A DNA stretch of 64,000 nucleotides from Candidatus Bathyarchaeota archaeon. Its GTDB lineage: Archaea; Thermoproteota; Bathyarchaeia; 40CM-2-53-6. The notes under the pieces were generated by a model, which saw nothing but the letters and a program-made list of their open reading frames with translations, searched no databases and was not told the DNA's origin. The stretch lies in contig CAVTBR010000001.1 of the NCBI GenBank assembly GCA_963733055.1, positions 704,001 to 768,000 of the forward strand, written 5' to 3'. Each line of letters starts with the position of its first letter. The stretch's first letter is position 1. Of this stretch, positions 41,301 to 49,585 are shown piece after piece. The translations under genes and the position numbers were made by a program.

Positions 41301-41535
41301 GCGATTGAGAGACTTCGATGTGGCGTATGTTGCGATAGGCCACGGGTTCATCGTCTTCGCGGCGGCTTTGCAGCATGCCTTCGGAATGGTATACTCCGGT
41401 ATAACTGATAGAATTATGCCGCGAGCGGCGAGGGCAGCAGGCGATGTCCAGACGGGTGTGCTTGGCGTAAATGGAATTTTGATGTTAGCCGCGTTGGTAA
41501 TTCTGCTCATACTGGTTGCATTGTGGGGTGTATGA
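38305..41535 (+). CDS. Fused double antiporter-like subunit (two MrpD/NuoL-M-type modules)
   Basis: Two full motif sets in one 1076-aa ORF: FYEILT...HGWLPSAM.APTPVSGLLH...YSTISQL...LPP.AGF.GK and FWELM...HTWLPDTYP...YHIVSQVG...VPLFNGFISK. Confidence 0.9.
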   Translation: MIDFNQMALLGTVGLPFFGALIIVAFRNHPNARESISLIVSVGTFLCAVFNLPQVFNGQTVAVTLAVMSSHPELQLVLWADGLGLMFASLASFLWIITTVYSTGYMRGLKEHSQGRYFAFFALVIGATMGVSVAANLLTLFIFYEILTISTYPLVVHNQTEEAFKAGRKYLIYTLGGGASVLVGMLALLGAGGGSAITFMPGGNQTVGSIPLEFARVAFVLLFVGFGVKAALVPEHGWLPSAMIAPTPVSGLLHAVAVVKAGVFGLLRVLLFLYGPNLMQSLGLQNLVIAAAVITILVGSLFALTQDNLKLRLAYSTISQLSYIILAAAVLAPLGVSVDGRSAAVIAAVFLIAAHAFGKLTMFFVAGAISVETGKTKVSELDGIGRKMPATMFAFFLATLSMAGLPPLAGFVGKWYLSVGVWNGGYWWILFVLVLSGVLNLAYFMPIIFRAFLGPFDGVRAEARGFLLGPIIATATGTVALGIWTTMPYGPLQIAGRIAAAVTGAGIVATGSFAAGATVPPFIFFLIGGPMVVWLFRGRVRQALLIAVAALALIDTVSLPHSTGWTLPFMGYQLVLMKVDNLSYLMGVIFATITFLAVLYAAGFAKPWMHIFAMLYAGTSLGVVFAGDWITLLIFWELMAVTSLLLIWEARGEAVQAGYRYLLFHGFGGAMLAAGITLLVLQGATPAIGPITGFWPSLFILIGIGVNVCMIPLHTWLPDTYPKAHIAASVFLSVYTTKAAVYLLARAQPSTELVALMGGVMAVYGVSFAVLQTNMRKLLSYHIVSQVGYMVAGVGLASWPGISTQIAQLALDGAMAHVFNHILYKALLFMTVGVVIWKTGENTLDKLGGLMRKMPVTAIAFWIAAFSISGVPLFNGFISKGMVVTAAQQSNTLLFVLLEIASFGTFLSFLKLGYFAFLRPGTVEASDPPLLMKAGMLGAAALCIAIGVYPPLLYAILPFGGSGYQPFALNELLQTSLVLAAAALTFFVLGRKYLAPHETRLRDFDVAYVAIGHGFIVFAAALQHAFGMVYSGITDRIMPRAARAAGDVQTGVLGVNGILMLAALVILLILVALWGV

Positions 41536-42992
41536 GTTTGTGGTTAACCGACATCATGGAGATCCTCTTCGCCGGCGCCATGACCTGCCTCCTAATCGAC
41601 TTGGCCAAACAATACACCGACAAGTGGAGAGTGTACGCGGGAGGAATCATTTGCACCACAGCCTTAGCCGTTTCTCTCATTGATGTACTTGTCAACTGGT
41701 CCGCGAGCATTGCGGGCGAGATATCCCTGCGCCCAATCGAATCGAACCTAGCAAGCTTGTACATCGTGGATAAGTTTGGAGTCTTCGTAATTTTCACGGT
41801 TCTTGCCATTGGGACAATCGTCTCCTTTTTCTCATGGCGAACTCTGGGCCTCAACGAGAATGTTGGGCCTTTCTTCTCACTGCTCCTGATTCTGTTGCTG
41901 TCGCTCGTTGGAATAATCGCGGCCGGCGATCTTCTGACCCTGTTCCTCTTCTGGGAGGGGATGAGCGTCGCCGCGTATGGCCTAGTGGCTTGGAAGAAGA
42001 AAGTCGCCATCTCACTCGAGGCAGCTTTGAAGTACTTATTCCTCGCAGGCGCTGGGAGTTTAATCGCGCTCTTCGGTATTTCGATAATCTACTCCCTCTC
42101 TGGAAGTATTCAACTCAAGGACCTGCCCATGATGTTTCAGAGCGACCCGAGACTGGCCACATTCGGCTTAGCCATGCTCTTTGCCGGGTTGGGTGTTGAA
42201 GCTGCCATATTTCCGCTACACACGTGGCTGCCTGACGCATATTCTGCGGCTCCAACGGCGGTAAGCGCTACGTTGGCAGGAGTCGTTACGGAGACAGCGG
42301 TCTTCGCACTCATCAAAATCATTAACCCAACATTCATCATACCCCAAGTTCAAATTTCGCCCAACCTGACCGCCGCGTTTCAGCTTGCGCTTGTTCTCAT
42401 CGCGATACTTACGATGTTAATCGGAAATCTGGGTGCGTTGGGACAGAGTAACATTAGGCGCCTATTGTCATACAGCTCCATAGCCCATGTCGGTTACATG
42501 CTAGCTGCACTCGCAACTTTCTCAACTCTCGGAATCGTAGCGATTCTGTTTCACCTCTGGAACCAAGGCCTGGTGAAGTCATCTTTCTTCATGCTGACTG
42601 GTGAGAAGGGTGAGGAGTACGAACAGTCTGAGTTGAGCGGGATAAAGGGGCTCTTCGGCCAAAACAGGCTTCTAGGAAGTATGTTCGCGTTATCCTCACT
42701 CGGTATGATAGGCGTCCCTCCTTTCGGAACTTTCTGGAGCGAACTCCTCATAGTTCAAGCGCTCTTTGCAACCAATCAGCTCACATTCTACGCCCTCGCA
42801 GCAATCGTCGTCCTAAACATCGCACTCTCCGTAGGATACTTCTCCAAGATCATAACCGCAGTCTCCCAACACTCAGAGAATGGCGAGAGGATGAAAACCT
42901 CGTGGCGGCTAACAATCTCACCGTTGCTACTGCTGCTTCTGAGTCTGTTGACGGGGTTTGTTCCATGGTTGTTGTTGGGAAGGATCTCTTGA
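41532..42992 (+). CDS. NuoN/MrpD-type antiporter-like subunit
   Basis: FWEGMS, EAALKYL, HTWLPDAYSAAP, YSSIAHVGY, GVPPFGTF. Confidence 0.92.
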   Translation: MSLWLTDIMEILFAGAMTCLLIDLAKQYTDKWRVYAGGIICTTALAVSLIDVLVNWSASIAGEISLRPIESNLASLYIVDKFGVFVIFTVLAIGTIVSFFSWRTLGLNENVGPFFSLLLILLLSLVGIIAAGDLLTLFLFWEGMSVAAYGLVAWKKKVAISLEAALKYLFLAGAGSLIALFGISIIYSLSGSIQLKDLPMMFQSDPRLATFGLAMLFAGLGVEAAIFPLHTWLPDAYSAAPTAVSATLAGVVTETAVFALIKIINPTFIIPQVQISPNLTAAFQLALVLIAILTMLIGNLGALGQSNIRRLLSYSSIAHVGYMLAALATFSTLGIVAILFHLWNQGLVKSSFFMLTGEKGEEYEQSELSGIKGLFGQNRLLGSMFALSSLGMIGVPPFGTFWSELLIVQALFATNQLTFYALAAIVVLNIALSVGYFSKIITAVSQHSENGERMKTSWRLTISPLLLLLLSLLTGFVPWLLLGRIS

Positions 42993-43083
42993 GGGAAGGC
43001 ACCATGCCTACGCTGGAATTTGTTCAACACCCTAATCTGAATGTTCGGACGATTTACCGTGACCATGCTATGAGGGATTCCCC

Positions 43084-43422
43084 GTGAGTGAGAAAGGTAG
43101 AGAACGAATAATCAAAGACATAGAAACTTTAGACCAAGCCGTCAAAGCTGAGAAAGACGTTGAGTCAGGCTATCATGGAGTGATCGACGAGAACATCAGT
43201 TACTGGCTTGCGGTGGAGCAAGACATCATAGACAGCTACACAAAACTCGCAAACGAAAGCGAGAACAAGAAGGTTAAGTCAACTCTCACGGGGATTGTTG
43301 AAGATTCAAAGAACCACATACGAATGCTAACATCAATTCGGAAGACCTTCGATAAGATCATGACCGACGAGGAGCGACACGCCAAACTTCTTCAAGAACT
43401 AGCGGACAAGCAAAACAAGTAA
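43084..43422 (+). CDS. Ferritin-like helical small protein
   Basis: D/ExxH-type motifs (EDSKNH, DEERH); all-helical. Confidence 0.65.
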   Translation: MSEKGRERIIKDIETLDQAVKAEKDVESGYHGVIDENISYWLAVEQDIIDSYTKLANESENKKVKSTLTGIVEDSKNHIRMLTSIRKTFDKIMTDEERHAKLLQELADKQNK

Positions 43423-43490
43423 TGGAGAAATTGAACTCGGATTACGTACACATTATTAGCGTCCTCGACCAAGTACGTTGGTGATTCTGC

Positions 43491-43967
43491 TTGGCAGTAG
43501 ATATTCGGATTAAACGTGCTCCTGCGTACAAAGTAGCATCTATGCTCCGAGTCGGATCATATGAGAGCAATATGCTCCGGTCTGAATTCAGCCAACTTGT
43601 AAAGTGGGCGGAGAAGAGAAAGCTCCGAACCGGGAAATGGATGTTGTTTTTCATAGATGAGCCAGGTGGACGTAGGCCGATGAACAAGCTCCGATCCGAA
43701 GCCTGCCTCCAAATCAAGGGAACTGCACAGAGTGAAGGAAAAATTAAAGTCAAGACACTTTCCGCACAAAAGGTTGCTAGTGTCACATTCAACCCTGACA
43801 AGGTCTCACCCCGCCTGGTCTACTCGGGAATCTACGGATGGTTGAGGTATGCAGGGTTCAAAGACTCTGTCCAAGGCCGAGAAATATACAATGGAAACCC
43901 ATGGCGCAACCCTCGCGCTTGGGCCAACGCGGAAGTTCAAGTTCCCGTGAAAAAGAAGAAGACGTAG
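43491..43967 (+). CDS. GyrI-like small-molecule-binding domain protein
   Basis: VASMLRVGSY, LRSEACLQI, IYGWLR...REIYNGNPW...EVQVPV. Confidence 0.8.
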   Translation: MAVDIRIKRAPAYKVASMLRVGSYESNMLRSEFSQLVKWAEKRKLRTGKWMLFFIDEPGGRRPMNKLRSEACLQIKGTAQSEGKIKVKTLSAQKVASVTFNPDKVSPRLVYSGIYGWLRYAGFKDSVQGREIYNGNPWRNPRAWANAEVQVPVKKKKT

Positions 43968-44028
43968 TTAGTCACAAAAGAAGATGCCGTAACAGGCGGC
44001 AGAATTAATGAACTGCGGTGCCGTCGCG

Positions 44029-44196
44029 CTAGTTGCTAGCTATCTGCAATCGGCGTTCTTTCATCTCTACTGATGCAAGTGCATGAGTAACACAATTTAA
44101 TTCGCATGCTTCTGCTTCCTCGAATTCCTTGTAAACAAACCCGCAAAAACCACACTTGAACTGCATGTCCCATGCCCTATGCTGGTCGCCTAACAT
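44029..44196 (-). CDS. 55-aa archaeal zinc-finger microprotein
   Basis: MLGDQHRAWDMQFKCGFCGFVYKEFEEAEACELNC... (CxxC-x12-C-x3-C); not in ORF track. Confidence 0.65.
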   Translation of the reverse strand: MLGDQHRAWDMQFKCGFCGFVYKEFEEAEACELNCVTHALASVEMKERRLQIASN

Positions 44197-44403
44197 TCAC
44201 ACTCGACTCGAAAACGACTTCCGCGCTGAAACGTGTTAAATTTAGGTGGAACTTGTGGAAGGATCCCCAACTAGTTCTACTCAGTAGAAAAAGTATAACG
44301 CCCCAGCACCTCGTGTCCGGCTGGCATACTTGACGGTTAGTAGGACCTCACTGGAAGTTCATTACGCTAATACCGGCGGTTTGAATCAAACCTCACTCTA
44401 CCA

Positions 44404-44459
44404 GGTAGAAATTAGGAACATTATACATTTCTTACTTTTTCTCCAGCCGCTGTTAAATA
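44404..44459 (+). promoter_or_regulatory. Conserved promoter/operator block of micropeptide copy 1
   Basis: GGTAGAAAT-n3-GAACATT...TTACTTTTTCTCCAGCCGCTGTTAAATA; matches 57724-57779 with the same 49-nt spacing to the TATA-like box. Confidence 0.7.
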
Positions 44460-44508
44460 TTGTGACCCAACATAGACGCTTCCAGAAGATTTGTGGAGGT
44501 GTTTGAGG

Positions 44509-44589
44509 TTGGCTAAGAAACGCAAGGTTAAGATGAGTTTAGGTAAGGAGCACGACAAGAACGTTAGACAAGAGGAAATGGTAGCATAA
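44509..44589 (+). CDS. 26-aa micropeptide, copy 1 (MAKKRKVKMSLGKEHDKNVRQEEMVA)
   Basis: TTG start 7 nt after GGAGGTG (44495-44501); same peptide as 57845..57925; followed by a GGCGG/CCGCC hairpin and T-rich tract. Confidence 0.8.
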   Translation: MAKKRKVKMSLGKEHDKNVRQEEMVA

Positions 44590-44691
44590 GCTGCCACGGG
44601 AGGCGGTTGATTCCGCCCCTGCTCTCGTTTCACTCATTAATTCTTATTTTGTTAGAATCTTTTCGGAGTTTCCAGCGGCGCTAGAGTGGGT

Positions 44692-45585
44692 TTATGGTTT
44701 GTAGTTCTCCAGCCACCACTTAGCGATGTCGATTCTGCGGGCGATCCAAACCTTCGGTTTCGCTTTCACGTATCTGAGGAACCTGTCTACCGCAACGGTC
44801 CTGCCTGGTCTGCCGGAAATTCTAACGTGCAAACCAACGTTCATCATCGTAGGGTTTTCTCTACCCTCATCGTACGTCTGGTCGAAGGAGTCCTTCAGAT
44901 ACTGATAGAACTCCTCGGCGTTGCTGAACCGGTTCGAAAAGTAGTGAAAATCATTCACGTCAGGTGTGTAGGGAATGAGGAGAAAATTCTTGCCGCTGAC
45001 GTTCACATAGTATGGGATGTCGTCGTTGTAGACATCGGAATCGTATAGGAACCCTCCCTCTTCGGCGAGAAGCTCAATGGTGTTTTCGCTGGGCTCTCTG
45101 CAATACCAGCCTACAGGTCTCTGGCCCGTTATCTTCTGAATCGACGCTACAGCATTCCGGATAGCCTCGCGCTCTTCTTCCCTGGACAGGGTGAAGTGTT
45201 CTACCCACCTGTAACCGTGGCTGCAGATCTCATGCCCTTCGCCGACTATCTCTTTCGCCGCCTCCCGGTTCGTTTCCAATGTCTTTGCGGTTGCGAAGAA
45301 CGTAGTCTTTGCATTGTGCTTGGCAAAGGTTCTGAGGATTCGCCATATCGCGACGCGTGTTTCATATTCGAAGATAGATTCAATTGTTAAGTCGCGCTTT
45401 GGCGGCGTCCCATACGACGGAAATTCACCGAAAGTTTCAGGGCCTTGATCTCCAAAACCCAAGGCGCGTTCGCCGCCGGCCTCGTAGTTGATAGCGAACG
45501 TTAGTGCAAGTTTGGCGCCCTTGGGCCAACGCACCTTAGGACGAGATTTCCCATATCCGACGAAGTCACGTGGTATTGGGCTCAT
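44692..45585 (-). CDS. puuE: PuuE-type allantoinase / polysaccharide deacetylase family
   Basis: PRDFVGYG...WP.GAKLA..FAINYE.GGE, ESIFEY, HEICSHGYRW, GLHVRISGRPGR. Confidence 0.82.
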   Translation of the reverse strand: MSPIPRDFVGYGKSRPKVRWPKGAKLALTFAINYEAGGERALGFGDQGPETFGEFPSYGTPPKRDLTIESIFEYETRVAIWRILRTFAKHNAKTTFFATAKTLETNREAAKEIVGEGHEICSHGYRWVEHFTLSREEEREAIRNAVASIQKITGQRPVGWYCREPSENTIELLAEEGGFLYDSDVYNDDIPYYVNVSGKNFLLIPYTPDVNDFHYFSNRFSNAEEFYQYLKDSFDQTYDEGRENPTMMNVGLHVRISGRPGRTVAVDRFLRYVKAKPKVWIARRIDIAKWWLENYKP

Positions 45586-45647
45586 AAGTTAGCTCCTAGT
45601 CTGAGTGAGCAGGAAGTTCTTATCAGGCTTTTCAGTTCCGCTTGCTT

Positions 45648-46226
45648 TCACGATTTGCTCTGGGTTTCTCTATGCAGAAGCAGGTTGATTATTCTGAAGG
45701 TTAATCCCCATATCACGTGACCCTGATAGACATACGAGTCAGCTGAAAGAGTACCTTCGTCTGCCTTAACCTCTCGACTCTCCACCTCAAGTCTGCCAAG
45801 ATCACTCAACGGTACCCAGAAGGTTTCAGCGACTTCCTCGCTTACACGAATACTTACGGTTGACTTGAGTTGAAAGACGAAAGGCAACACCCGCATCCGC
45901 CTTGATCTCGTAGTGACGATTGAAAGACTACCAAGTAATTCGTGGCCGCTGAGTTGTAATCCAATCTCCTCCCGTGTCTCTCGGACCGCTGTTTCAACCA
46001 AGCCCTTGTCCGCAGACGATTTGCGTCCACCAGGGAACGCGATCTGCCCCGACCAAGGATCTCCTCTTCGCTCGGTCCTCTTGATGAAAAGTACTGAGCC
46101 GCCACGATCATTTGGATTGATGATTATCGCAACGGCGGCTACAGGAGGCCCTTCCCCTGCCTCAGGAACAGAATTCTGAGGCAATAGCCTGTTCTTGAGA
46201 GATTCTAGGTTGAATTGGCCAGTCAC
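45648..46226 (-). CDS. Nudix CoA pyrophosphatase
   Basis: DPWSGQIAFPGG, TAVRETREEIG, IWGLT. Confidence 0.9.
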   Translation of the reverse strand: MTGQFNLESLKNRLLPQNSVPEAGEGPPVAAVAIIINPNDRGGSVLFIKRTERRGDPWSGQIAFPGGRKSSADKGLVETAVRETREEIGLQLSGHELLGSLSIVTTRSRRMRVLPFVFQLKSTVSIRVSEEVAETFWVPLSDLGRLEVESREVKADEGTLSADSYVYQGHVIWGLTFRIINLLLHRETQSKS

Positions 46227-46320
46227 AGTGAAGCACTAGCCTAGTGGCAATGAGAATAATCCTGATGATATTTGAACGATCTTGCTTTCAGTGCCTGGTT
46301 TTCGGGTTTTAAGCTGTACG

Positions 46321-47037
46321 TCACCCGATTTTGATTCCAACGTAGAGTCCTCTTCCGATGAGACCCTTGTCATAGTGGGTTACCTTCAAACCGGCTAGTC
46401 GAAACGCGTTCATGTACTCGGAATGCGTGAAGAGTCCAAACTCCTCACGTTCCCTGAGATATTGCGTGTCCTGTTGCGTCGCTATCAAGTACTGAAAGTC
46501 CAATGTCGAGATGCGGCCTCGAACCATTGATTTGTCAATCCGTGCAATCTTTAGTTTGGGTTCATTCACGAATACAGCGTGTATTTTTCCTCTAATGACA
46601 TTGCGTGGGGTTATCCAGGGCTCAACTATCAAGACACCTCCCGGCTTAAGGTGAAGGCTCATGTTTCTCACCGCTCGCCGGAGTTTCCGAAGCGTCGTCA
46701 TGTAGCCGACCGCACTGAATAGGCAGGTAACAATATCGAACTCTTTACGGAGGGCGAATGTGAGCATGTTGCCTCTATGGAAATGAATTTCCGGATTCCT
46801 TTTCTTGGCTATCGCAAGTAGCCCAGGATCAAGATCTAGGCCCTCGACGGAATAAGATGACTTTAGATATGAAATGTGTCGGCCCGTCCCGCATGCGACA
46901 TCGAGTAGTGCGTTGCCTTGTGATTTTTTGTGTCGTCGAATTAATTTGTTCAGCCGCTTGGATTCTTCTTTGTAATTCTTCCCTGCGGCATCGTAGATGA
47001 TGTCATAGTAGGGTGCTGACCGGTCAAACAAAGTCAA
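46321..47037 (-). CDS. Class I SAM-dependent methyltransferase
   Basis: LLDVACGTG, FDIVTCLFS, LKPGGVLIVEPW. Confidence 0.92.
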   Translation of the reverse strand: MTLFDRSAPYYDIIYDAAGKNYKEESKRLNKLIRRHKKSQGNALLDVACGTGRHISYLKSSYSVEGLDLDPGLLAIAKKRNPEIHFHRGNMLTFALRKEFDIVTCLFSAVGYMTTLRKLRRAVRNMSLHLKPGGVLIVEPWITPRNVIRGKIHAVFVNEPKLKIARIDKSMVRGRISTLDFQYLIATQQDTQYLREREEFGLFTHSEYMNAFRLAGLKVTHYDKGLIGRGLYVGIKIG

Positions 47038-47144
47038 ACCTAACCACTCGTGCAGAAGGCTTTGCTAATTGGCAATTGGGTTGCGGTAGTCAAGCTTTAT
47101 CTTTTGGTCGAAGGCCAACCTCAATTCAACTAAGCTGATATCCG

Positions 47145-48365
47145 ATGGCGAACACAGCTGATGCGATGCGTTGGATCGACCAGTCTCATGATGAGCTTAC
47201 GAGATTCATGGTGGACATGCTACAGATCAAGGCCGTAAACCCGGATGGAGGAGGTAAGGGCGAATACGCTCGTGCCCTCTTCGTGAAGAAATGGCTTGAA
47301 GACCTTGGGTTGAAGGTAACAAGGTACGATATTCCCGACAGTCGAGTGCCCGAAGGAGTTCGGGTAAACCTGACGACGACCATCGAAGGTGAAGATAAAG
47401 GGCGGACTCTCTGGTTGGCCGCGCACTTGGACACAGTCCCTGAGGGCTCACGTGAACTCTGGACAACAGACCCCTATGTCCCGGTCGTGAAAGACGGAAA
47501 GATTTTCGGAAGGGGCTCAGAAGACAATGGGCAAGCGGTTGGTTCAACCCTATTCACGTTGAAAGCAATCAAGACGTTAGGGATTAAACCCAAAATGACC
47601 CTCGGCCTTGCTCTTGTATCTGACGAAGAGTCGGGGAGCAAGTACGGGGTGATTCCGCTTCTTGAAAGGGGCGTATTCAAGCCAACCGACATAGCGCTGG
47701 TACCCGACACTGGAAAGCCGGACGGATCAGAGATTGAAATTGCGGAAAAGAGCATTCTATGGCTGAAGATAACGACGACAGGCAAGCAAGTTCATGGGAG
47801 TACGCCTGAAAAAGGATTGAACGCCCGCCGCGTAGCTATGAAGTTCGCCATTCAACTCGACGAGATGCTACATTCTAAGTACTCCGCCAAAGATTCCTTA
47901 TTTGAACCAGAATCATCAACCTTCGAACCCACGAAATGCGATGCGAACGTTGACAACGTAAATACCGTTCCTGGCGTTGACGTTCAATATTTTGACTGTC
48001 GAGTTCTCCCGCTATCCGTTAGTTGACGTTCTCAAAGAGGTTGAATCTGTTCGGATGAAGCTCGAAAAGGAAACCGGAGCTACTATCGAGGTTAACCCCA
48101 TCCAACATGAGCAGAACACGAACCCCACCCCTATGGACAGCCCGATCGTAGTAAGATTGAAGGCTGCGTTGAAACAGCTGCGTGGGCTGGACGCGAAGGC
48201 CATCGGAATCGGTGGTGGGACTGTTGGCTTATACTTTAGACGCAAGGGAATCCAAACTGCTGTCTGGTCGACCCTGGACGATAAGGCCCATCAACCCAAT
48301 GAATACTGCAAAATCGAAAACATGGTCAACGACGGAAAGTGTTCCTTCACGTCGCCACAGCGTAA
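47145..48365 (+). CDS. M20/DapE-family metallopeptidase; apparent frameshifts near 48010 and 48334
   Basis: AHLDTVP, GRGSEDNG, DEESGS, GKQVHGS, NVNTVPG, DCRVLP, then GIGGGT...AHQPNEY...(DA)KVFLHVATA* in shifted frames. Confidence 0.85.
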
Positions 48366-48370
48366 TACAA

Positions 48371-49228
48371 TACGGTGCGTTTCAGACGAGGCCAGCTCTG
48401 TTCAACTCCACAATTGCGACACCATCCGACCTGCACTCGGTAGCTAGGCTCTGCCGCCGAGCCGTTGGCCCATCAGACTATGTGCTCAGAATACTTCCCA
48501 GAGCTGCTGCGCGTGGCCGACTCTTCTTGGCTTGGTATGGAAACGAACTTGTGGGCATGACGCTCCTCGATAAGTGCCTCGACGGCAGCGGATGGCTAAG
48601 CATGGCACGCACCGACCCGGGTTGGCGCCGGCAAGGAGTAGCCATCTTCCTTCAACGTCGAATTCTCGAGTACGCGAGGGGCGAAGGAATCAACTCATTG
48701 AGACTATGGACGTTGTCTACGAACCAGGCGTCGATAAGGGCTTGCGAAAAAGGGGGTTTCAAGCAGGTCTCCGAAGCTGCTCACATCTCCCGCCGTCTCA
48801 AAATCTCGAAGAATAGGAAAACCAAACCGAATTCCGTGTCTACCGCCCGCTTACGCTCGTTACTGAGCTCGAACTACATCGCCAAGACGAACGGTTACAT
48901 TGCACGTGATTGGTATTTCATGAAAAGCTCGGAAAGACTACTTAGACAATTGGAAAGACGAGGTGAACTTTATGATTCTGAAGACTATGCTTTCCTAGTA
49001 ACGAGGCCAGAAATAAGATTCAAAGAACCTCAAAGTAGTCTAACAATTCTCACTGGCCCTGTGTCAAAGTCGATGGAGAGTGCGCAGGAAATAGCGGCGG
49101 CACTTGGAGCGAAGATTCTAAGTTCCTACATACCGTATGAACCCTACCAATTCTCAGTCGCAAAGAAACAGCATTTCAGAAGGAGCCCGTGGGGCAACCA
49201 TTGTTTAGTGTTCGAGAAGAAAGTATGA
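48371..49228 (+). CDS. GNAT-family acetyltransferase (true start unresolved, downstream of the M20 stop)
   Basis: GWLSMARTDPGWRRQGVA and NQASIRACEKGGF motifs. Confidence 0.8.
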   Translation, partial: YGAFQTRPALFNSTIATPSDLHSVARLCRRAVGPSDYVLRILPRAAARGRLFLAWYGNELVGMTLLDKCLDGSGWLSMARTDPGWRRQGVAIFLQRRILEYARGEGINSLRLWTLSTNQASIRACEKGGFKQVSEAAHISRRLKISKNRKTKPNSVSTARLRSLLSSNYIAKTNGYIARDWYFMKSSERLLRQLERRGELYDSEDYAFLVTRPEIRFKEPQSSLTILTGPVSKSMESAQEIAAALGAKILSSYIPYEPYQFSVAKKQHFRRSPWGNHCLVFEKKV

Positions 49229-49294
49229 GCGCTATTCCAGATGAAACAGAATACCTAGAATTTAAGAACATGACGCGACCGACGTAGGAGCAAG

Positions 49295-49585
49295 GTGCCG
49301 CATGTGATTACAGCATTCGTCATGATGAATGCAGAAAGAGACCGCATCGCCGCGATACCCAATGAGTTACTCACAATCACCTCCGTAACCGAGGTTTACT
49401 CAATCGCTGGCGACTTCGACCTCGTCGCGATAGTCCGCGTGAAAGAAGCTGAAGACCTAGCGGGGGTTGTCACAGAAAGGTTTGCCAAGGTAAAGGGCAT
49501 AACGCGAACGATGACGCTGATCGCATTCAAGTCGTACAGTAACTACGATCTCGAGAATATGTTTCAAATAGGGTTCAAAGGTTAG
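49295..49585 (+). CDS. Stand-alone Lrp/AsnC ligand-binding (RAM) domain protein
   Basis: ITAFVMM, EVYSIAGDFDLVAIVRV, GITRTMTLIAF. Confidence 0.9.
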   Translation: MPHVITAFVMMNAERDRIAAIPNELLTITSVTEVYSIAGDFDLVAIVRVKEAEDLAGVVTERFAKVKGITRTMTLIAFKSYSNYDLENMFQIGFKG

